Assembly: GCA_037128935.1 (NCBI GenBank)
Contig: JBAXVQ010000001.1
Span: 60,124 to 124,123, forward strand
DNA: 64,000 nucleotides
DNA from: a bacterium
GTDB lineage: Bacteria > Patescibacteriota > CG2-30-54-11 > JBAXVQ01
Reading direction: 5' to 3'
The position numbers and the translations under genes are program-made. Each line of letters opens with the position of its first letter. The first letter of the stretch is position 1. Under the pieces are notes generated by a model that made no database searches, was not told the DNA's origin, and saw only the letters and a program-made list of their open reading frames with translations. Positions 57,944-64,000 of this stretch are shown here, piece by piece.

Positions 57944-59290
57944 TTACTCAGCAGGTGCGGGTTCGATGATGCCTTCTTTCATGAGGAGTGATGCCATGTC
58001 TCGGGATTTTTTGATGATGGCTGCGGCTTCTTTGTAGAGTTCTTCTGGGGTTTTGGTGAGGAGGGTGAGTTTTTGTTCTTGGGCTTTCATGGCGGTGGCG
58101 ACGGCTGTGCGCGGGAATACTTCCCAGTCATCCATTGTTGGGACGACGTATTCTGGGCTGATGCCACGTTCTTCGGCGACTTTGGCGATTTCGTTGGCGG
58201 CGGCTACGGCCATTTCATCGGTGATGGTGGTGGCTCGGATATCAAGGACGCCGCGGAAAATTCCTGGGAATCCGATGGAGTTGTTAATTTGATTTGGGAA
58301 ATCGCTGCGGCCTGTTCCTACAATTGCTGCGCCAGCCTCTTTGGCTTCCCATGGCCAGATTTCTGGGATAGGGTTTGCGCAAGGAAAGGCGATGGCATCT
58401 TTGTTCATGCCTTTGATCCACTCGGGGAGGATTGATCCTGGGCCGGGTTTGGAGGCGGCGATGAAGATGTCTGCGCCTTTGAGGGCGGTTTCTACATCTC
58501 CGACGATTTGATCGGCGTTGGATTCTTGGCAGATGATCCATTTGTCGGGGAAATTTTCCTGATCCTGTTCGATGTCGTGGCGTTTGAGGTGGAGTGTGCC
58601 TTTGCTGTCGAGGGCGATGATGTTGGAGGGAGTAGCGCCTGAGGCTTTGAGAAGGCGGTAGGTGGCTACGTTTGCAGCTCCAATGCCGATGAGGACGATA
58701 CGTGCTTTGCTAAGTTCTTTATTTACGAGTTTGAGGGAGTTGAGGATGCCAGCGAGAATAACTGTTGCTGTGCCTTGTTGGTCATCGTGCCAAACGGGGA
58801 TGTTCATTTCTGCGCGGAGGGTGTCGAGGATGCGGAAGCATTTCGGCTGAGCGATATCTTCAAGGTTGATGCCGCCAAATGCTGGTTCAAGAAGCTTTAC
58901 GGTTTCAATAAATTTGTCAGGGTCTTTTGTGTCGAGCGTAAGTGGGACTGCGTCAACACCACCGAGGTATTTGAAGAGGAGGGCTTTGCCTTCCATGACG
59001 GGGAGAGCGGCTTTGGGGCCGATGTCGCCAAGGCCGAGAACGCGAGTGCCATCGGAGATTACGGCGACGAGGTTGCCTTTTCCTGTGTGTTCGTAGACTT
59101 TTTCTGGGTTAGTGTGGATATCTTTGCAAGGTGCTGCGACTCCGGGGGAGTACCAGATGGCGAAGTCATTGAAGTCTCGGATGGTGCACTTGGGGGCTAT
59201 TTGATATTTTCCCTTATAAAAAGGGTGGAGTTTCATGGCATCTTCGGATGGTTTGTTGGCTTTGGCGAGTAGTTCTTCTTTGGTGATCAT
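57944..59290 (-). CDS. NAD(P)-dependent malic enzyme
   Basis: YSPGVA, LGLGDIG, PVMEGK, INLEDI, HDDQQGTA, TGRSDFPNQINN. Confidence 0.96.
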   Translation of the reverse strand: MITKEELLAKANKPSEDAMKLHPFYKGKYQIAPKCTIRDFNDFAIWYSPGVAAPCKDIHTNPEKVYEHTGKGNLVAVISDGTRVLGLGDIGPKAALPVMEGKALLFKYLGGVDAVPLTLDTKDPDKFIETVKLLEPAFGGINLEDIAQPKCFRILDTLRAEMNIPVWHDDQQGTATVILAGILNSLKLVNKELSKARIVLIGIGAANVATYRLLKASGATPSNIIALDSKGTLHLKRHDIEQDQENFPDKWIICQESNADQIVGDVETALKGADIFIAASKPGPGSILPEWIKGMNKDAIAFPCANPIPEIWPWEAKEAGAAIVGTGRSDFPNQINNSIGFPGIFRGVLDIRATTITDEMAVAAANEIAKVAEERGISPEYVVPTMDDWEVFPRTAVATAMKAQEQKLTLLTKTPEELYKEAAAIIKKSRDMASLLMKEGIIEPAPAE

Positions 59291-59390
59291 GTGAGGTTGG
59301 CTCCTTCGTTATTTGGGAAACGGCACTGGTGTTTAGTGTAGCGGGGGATGGGGGGGAAGTAAAATGGTGCATAGAATGTTTTTGTTCTCG

Positions 59391-59676
59391 GAAATACCTA
59401 CGAATGTTTTTTATTGCGGTTGTTTTTTTACTTTCTGGTTACTGGGCTGTTAGGGCGCCGCACATCGTTTTCTTCGTAGTCGTTATTGGCGCTAACTACT
59501 TTTTGTCCATCGTCACACACTTCGACAGGCTCAGTGGGCAAGAAAGACTCGCCTCTCAAACGTCTCATTTGAGGGTGTCGACCATTGAGAGGCGGAATGC
59601 CAGAGAGCTGCGGAGCAGAGGATGGTTTTTCGGGTGGTTATGTTTGCTCCAATGAAGTACTTTGTTGGGAGAATGC
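59391..59676. repeat. Dispersed structured intergenic element, copy 2, with REP-like insert
   Basis: Aligns with 38691-38962; cttcgacaggctcag at 59520-59534 replaces one hairpin arm. Confidence 0.92.
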
Positions 59677-59765
59677 TATGAAATTGGGGTTTTTTAAGGT
59701 GTTTGAAAATTTATAATTTTGTTATATACTCTTAATGTTGATAAATTCAATAGAAATAGTTTTTA

Positions 59766-60698
59766 ATGAATGCGTTTGCTAGACATAGCGGTCAAGGTTT
59801 TGGTTCTCTATATTTAAAGAGACCGATGAGAGAATCACTTAGAAGAGTTTCTCTTGTTGGTGATGATGCGGCTAGTTTGCTTTATGATCGTGAAGCGGCT
59901 CGAGTTATCAATTCTCTAAGTACTCGACTAAAAGAAGTCATAACTTTTGATGTTGAGGTAACAATTTCTTCTCATGAGCGAAAAAGTTTAGTACGTAGGC
60001 TTGATAAGTTTGCTCCAGCAGGATTACATGCAGTGTTGGATGATGCTGCTTCTGGTTTTTATCCAAGTAATCGGTTGGGGTTGTTTGGAAAAGGTGGGCG
60101 GCTTCAAGCGCTTCGGCTGGCGTATGAACATGGAAAGCATCTAGATGCGAATGTTTTTTACTTCTTGAAAAACAGACAGGTGCGTGATGTTATTGTTGAT
60201 GAATTACGAAGGCAGGTTTGTCTTTTTAAAGATTCATTTGGCTATGTGCCAGCTCATCTTTCTTCACATAATGGCTGGTGGAATTTTCCTTCTGTAATGG
60301 AGGCTTTTGCTCAGGTTTCTGGTGAGAGTCGAATTCCTGTCCGTGTTAGGCGGGAAGATATGCATGGAATTTTGAAGCAGTCTCCATGGGAAACTGGAGC
60401 GGTGGTGGATAACCATAATGTTAAGGGGCGAGAAGATTTAGTTCGATCTCCGGAAAAATTTGCTAGGTTTGTTGTCACTACACTTGAGGAAAGAGGTGTA
60501 CGGGCAGGAGAGGTTGTTCTGCATATGAGGAGTAATCCGGAGTATCGATATCGTTTACAGCTTGAGTTGCTTTCTCATAGAGATTTTTGGACAGCGATGG
60601 AGGCTGTGGGTATTAATTTAGTTACTCCGCATGAACTACTTGTTCATCCTGTTTCTGCTGTTAATCCAGTGGCTGAAAAAGCAGTTCTTGCTGCGTAG
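59766..60698 (+). CDS. Divergent ChbG/YdjC-like deacetylase-fold protein
   Basis: VGDDA, AGLHAVL, ELRRQVCLF...GYVPAHLSSH, EVVLH, ELELL. Confidence 0.7.
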   Translation: MNAFARHSGQGFGSLYLKRPMRESLRRVSLVGDDAASLLYDREAARVINSLSTRLKEVITFDVEVTISSHERKSLVRRLDKFAPAGLHAVLDDAASGFYPSNRLGLFGKGGRLQALRLAYEHGKHLDANVFYFLKNRQVRDVIVDELRRQVCLFKDSFGYVPAHLSSHNGWWNFPSVMEAFAQVSGESRIPVRVRREDMHGILKQSPWETGAVVDNHNVKGREDLVRSPEKFARFVVTTLEERGVRAGEVVLHMRSNPEYRYRLQLELLSHRDFWTAMEAVGINLVTPHELLVHPVSAVNPVAEKAVLAA

Positions 60699-60702
60699 GG
60701 AT

Positions 60703-62448
60703 TTAATTTAAAACGCCGTCATGTTGGAGTTGATAGAGTTTTGCGTAGAGACCTCCTGATTTGTTGTGGAGTATGTTGTGGTCGCCTTCTTCGATGATCT
60801 TTCCGTGGTCGAGGACGATGATTTTGTCGGCGCGGCGGATGGTGGAGAAGCGGTGGGCGATGATGAGGATGGTGCATTGGCGGGAGATGTTGTCGATGGC
60901 TTTCTGGATATAGAGTTCGGATTCGGAGTCGAGTGAGGAGGTGGCTTCGTCGAGAACGAGGATGGAGGGTTTTGTCAGGAGTGCTCGGGCTATCCCGAGT
61001 CGTTGTTTTTGCCCTCCAGAAAGTCTGACTCCACGTTCTCCAATCATTGTGTTGTAGCCGTCAGAGAGGCCGATGATGAAATCGTGGAGGTAGGCGGATT
61101 TTGCGGCTTCGATGACGCTTTCTTCTGTGGCTTCGGGGTCGCCGTATTTGATGTTTTCTAGGATTGTTTCATCGAAGACATCGATGTCTTGGCTTACTAT
61201 GGACATTTTGGTGCGAAATTGTGCACGCTGAAGTTGGGTGATGTTTACGTTATCCAGTTTTATTTCCCCATCTTGTGGGTCGAAATGCCGGTAGAGAAGT
61301 TTGATGATGGTTGATTTTCCACTGCCGGATGGGCCGACGAAAGCAACTATTTCTTGGGGTTTGATGTGGAAGGAAATGTTGTGTAGAGCTCCTTTCTGTT
61401 GTTTTTGCGAGGGGTAGGAGAAACTGACGTTTGCGAATTCTATTTCTCCGGTGTATTTTTCCAGTTTTGTTGGGGAAATTGAGTCTACGATGGAGGATTT
61501 TTCTTCGAATATTTCGGTGAGTTGTTCAACTGAGGGGATGCAATCGGCAGTTACGTCGTAAAATCGGGAGAGGCGGAAGAGGTTGGCGTATACTTTTTCT
61601 GAGTATGCCCAGAAGGTGGAGAGAAGGCCGATGGTGATGCTGTTGTTGAAGGTCAGGTAGGCACCAAGGATGATGGTGGCGGTTCTGGCGCAGTTGATGA
61701 TGAGGTCTCGGAAAAAGTTGAAGCTGCGAAGGAGGTCTTCGCGGTGGTCTTCATGTTTCAGTATGCCTTCGGATATGGTTGCTATCTTTCCAACTTCACG
61801 GTGTTCCTGAACGTAGTCTTGGACAGTTTTTACGTTTCCGATGGATTCGCCCATCTTGCGACTGCGTTCGAGATATCCTTCACGGATTGCGACTCGAGTT
61901 TCTCTGACTTGTTGGTTCATATACCAAGTTACAACAAGAAACACTGGAACAAAGACGACATAGGTGAAGGACATTTGCCAGTTCATGAAGAAGACCATGA
62001 CAAAGGTGAGTGAGGTGAGGAGGATGGTGGGCATGAATTCGAAAATGATGTTGACGGTAAAGTTGGTGAAGCGGTCAATACCCATACCGATAACTTCCAT
62101 TTTTTTGTGGGTATTGCTGCTTTCGTGGTAGGAGATGGGGAGTTCGAGGAGCTTTTTATGGGCGTCAGAGCGGATGCGGGTGATGAGGCGGGTGAGAAAG
62201 TGATGTTCGGATTTGCTTCTTGCGACTGCGATTAGTGAGGAGAAATTTTCCGCAAAGAAATATATGACGATGATCCAAATGAGTTTTGAGAAATCTTCTC
62301 GGTGGGAGGTGAGGATGTCGATGGTTTGTCCGAAGAGGAAGGGGACGATGAGTTTGGAAAATTCGAACAACAGACGATAAGTACAGATGATGGCGATCTG
62401 TTTTTTGTGTGGGTTGTAGAGGTAACGTAGTCGTTGTAGAAATTGCAT
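60703..62448 (-). CDS. ABC exporter, fused permease/ATPase
   Basis: TM domain plus GPSGSGKS, LSGGQKQR, LDEATSSLD, IAHR. Confidence 0.96.
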   Translation of the reverse strand: MQFLQRLRYLYNPHKKQIAIICTYRLLFEFSKLIVPFLFGQTIDILTSHREDFSKLIWIIVIYFFAENFSSLIAVARSKSEHHFLTRLITRIRSDAHKKLLELPISYHESSNTHKKMEVIGMGIDRFTNFTVNIIFEFMPTILLTSLTFVMVFFMNWQMSFTYVVFVPVFLVVTWYMNQQVRETRVAIREGYLERSRKMGESIGNVKTVQDYVQEHREVGKIATISEGILKHEDHREDLLRSFNFFRDLIINCARTATIILGAYLTFNNSITIGLLSTFWAYSEKVYANLFRLSRFYDVTADCIPSVEQLTEIFEEKSSIVDSISPTKLEKYTGEIEFANVSFSYPSQKQQKGALHNISFHIKPQEIVAFVGPSGSGKSTIIKLLYRHFDPQDGEIKLDNVNITQLQRAQFRTKMSIVSQDIDVFDETILENIKYGDPEATEESVIEAAKSAYLHDFIIGLSDGYNTMIGERGVRLSGGQKQRLGIARALLTKPSILVLDEATSSLDSESELYIQKAIDNISRQCTILIIAHRFSTIRRADKIIVLDHGKIIEEGDHNILHNKSGGLYAKLYQLQHDGVLN

Positions 62449-62529
62449 GGTTTATCTTGATGGCATCAGAAGATTGTAGCATGGGAGGTGGTGAAAATCA
62501 ATGGGTGTTTGCCTAACACTACGTTGCGA

Positions 62530-62715
62530 AATCATGCTCCGTCGCTCCAGAGAGCCATAGTTATGGATTCTTGCAATAACCTGCATCATGTAGTTGGAGC
62601 TGTCCTCCGTTTCTAGGTTCTTTGTGAAAATGCCGTTGTAACGGCATTTTTACAAAGAACCAAAGAGCGGGACAAAAGCACAATACGTCTAGGGTTTCTT
62701 TGCCAAAGACGTATA
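62530..62715. repeat. Structured intergenic element with 22-bp near-perfect inverted repeat
   Basis: 62616-37/62640-61 (one G-T mismatch), flanked by further short inverted repeats. Confidence 0.8.
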
Positions 62716-62720
62716 CATGT

Positions 62721-62978
62721 TTAGTAATGATACCGACAAGCGAGGACAATTATTTTTTGTTTTTCTACTTTGTAGACTAGTCTATGTTCTCCTGTAAGTC
62801 TGCGAGACCAGCAGCCCTGGAGGGCGTATTTTAGAGGTTCTGGTTTTCCTGTGCCTTCGAATGGGGTTTTTGTTATTTCATCGAGAAGAAGTAGAACTTT
62901 TAGAGCCAGCTTTCTGTCTTGTTTTACCCAATATGTAAGGTCTTCAAGAGCCTTATTGGTTAGGTGTAATTCCAACAT
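62721..62978 (-). CDS. yoeB: Txe/YoeB toxin
   Basis: PFEGTGKPEPLK, WSRRLTGEHRLVY, CRYHY. Confidence 0.96.
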   Translation of the reverse strand: MLELHLTNKALEDLTYWVKQDRKLALKVLLLLDEITKTPFEGTGKPEPLKYALQGCWSRRLTGEHRLVYKVEKQKIIVLACRYHY

Positions 62979-63243
62979 GCTTTGCTAACTCTTGGGTTGA
63001 GGTGAATTTTTTTGTTTGACCTTTTGTTGCTTCATGGAGAGATTGGAGTAGGTGTTTTGTGTTGGCGGGTGAGTTTAGTAAATGGGCTGTTTCTTCAAGT
63101 GCTGCATATTCTTCTTGAGCAAGGATTACCACGTCTTCGTTATTTCGGCGTGAAATGCGAATAGGGATGCGTTTTTTATTGACTTCGTCGAAGACTGCTT
63201 TGAGGTTGTTACGGGCTTTGCTGTAGGTCATTGAGTGAGGCAT
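62953..63243 (-). CDS. yefM: YefM/Phd antitoxin
   Basis: YSKARNNL, EETAHLLNSPANTKHL. Confidence 0.95.
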   Translation of the reverse strand: MPHSMTYSKARNNLKAVFDEVNKKRIPIRISRRNNEDVVILAQEEYAALEETAHLLNSPANTKHLLQSLHEATKGQTKKFTSTQELAKHVGITPNQ

Positions 63244-63257
63244 AGTAGTTTTTTTCT

Positions 63258-63276
63258 TGTACAGATTTATTGTACA
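63258..63276. promoter_or_regulatory. Probable YefM-YoeB operator (two TGTACA palindromes)
   Basis: tgtaca at 63258 and 63271 just upstream of yefM; TGTACA is the known E. coli operator core. Confidence 0.75.
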
Positions 63277-63322
63277 GCTTTATTGTGAATTGGCAATGGT
63301 GGTGAGGGGGGACTTTGAGGAT

Positions 63323-64000
63323 TTATTGCTTTTTTACGCTGATTTTTATTTTATGTTCGGCTACTTTTACTTGTTCTTCTTCGTTGGGGAGTGTTTCCCA
63401 TGAAATTGCTTGGCTGGAGGTGCTTTGGCGGATGGATTCTAGTTCTTGGGTGATGAAGGTTTGGAATTCTGTTGGGGCATCGATGGTAGTGGTGACGGTG
63501 TCGGAGAGTTTGAGTCCGAGTTTGGCGCGTTTGCTTTGGATGTGGCGGATGAGCTCGCGGGCGGCACCTTCGCGGAGGAGTGTGGGGGTGAGGGTGGTGT
63601 CGAATTCTATGATGGGTTCGTTGGTTGGGGTTTCTTCGGGTTGCCAGATGATGGCTTTGACGTTTAGTTCGTCTTGGAGGATGGTGTTGAATTGTTCTTG
63701 TTCTTCGGTGATGAGTTTGGTTATGCTGGCTTTCGCTTTAACGGTGAGGCTGGCGAGGGGTTGGCGGACTTTGAGACCGGTTTCTTTTCTTACTCTGTTG
63801 CCAACTTCGGCGATGGTACGGATGTTATCCATCTGGGCGTGAAGTTTTTCATTGATGAGTTTTTCATCAGCTTCAGGGAATGTGGAAAGATGGATGGAAA
63901 GTGGGAGTGCGTTTTCTTTCTGTTCGATGAAATCGATGCCAGTGAGGTTTTGGTAGATGGCTTCGGTGATGAATGGCATGTATGGGCTGAGGATCTTTGA
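63323..64000 (-). CDS. ileS: Isoleucine--tRNA ligase (type 2), C-terminal part only
   Basis: PFITEAIYQNL, SIHL, KVRQPL, DELNVK, EGAARELIRHIQ. Confidence 0.9.
   Translation of the reverse strand, partial: SKILSPYMPFITEAIYQNLTGIDFIEQKENALPLSIHLSTFPEADEKLINEKLHAQMDNIRTIAEVGNRVRKETGLKVRQPLASLTVKAKASITKLITEEQEQFNTILQDELNVKAIIWQPEETPTNEPIIEFDTTLTPTLLREGAARELIRHIQSKRAKLGLKLSDTVTTTIDAPTEFQTFITQELESIRQSTSSQAISWETLPNEEEQVKVAEHKIKISVKKQ

Noticed and set aside
59329-59655. ORFs across the dispersed repeat sharing 'IERRNARELRS'
   Set aside because: Upstream parts are in different frames in the two copies; the similarity reflects the DNA repeat
62511-62725. Integron attC site next to the TA module (GCCTAAC/GTTAGGC core)
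   Set aside because: The partner core matches poorly, the span (~215 bp) is long, and no integron integrase or cassette array is seen
1-64000. Alternative genetic code (stop reassignment)
   Set aside because: Phage and host genes are full length under code 11, and TAA, TAG and TGA all occur at gene ends

Overview
The left ~35.8 kb is a near-complete siphovirus-type prophage, almost entirely on the minus strand. In transcription order it carries replication/recombination, terminase, portal, head, tail and lysis modules, then an accessory block, an XRE regulator and a tyrosine integrase. Its right end abuts the 3' end of a host tRNA-Asp(GTC); the other att end is not in the window. The right ~28 kb is host chromosome (thrB, yebC, ridA, aroA, argS, purN, hisH, rsfS, rplI, ComEC-like MBL hydrolase, mraY, secDF, MscS, malic enzyme, ABC exporter, yefM-yoeB, 3' end of ileS). 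Some host proteins look Patescibacteria/CPR-like, which is an inference. Main non-standard observations: (1) a family of structured intergenic palindromic elements in the host region, flanked by strand-specific compositional 'halos' in which minus-strand codons end almost only in C/A and which fade within single genes; (2) an fMet-bodied tRNA-like gene with a CGA anticodon inside a hairpin-rich leader of the phage early operon; (3) a terminator/antiterminator switch with a boxA-like motif ahead of the scaffold-capsid genes; (4) a clean -1 frameshift in the tail chaperone gene; (5) two separate cell-wall hydrolases. All family assignments come from motif recognition by eye, not from database searches.
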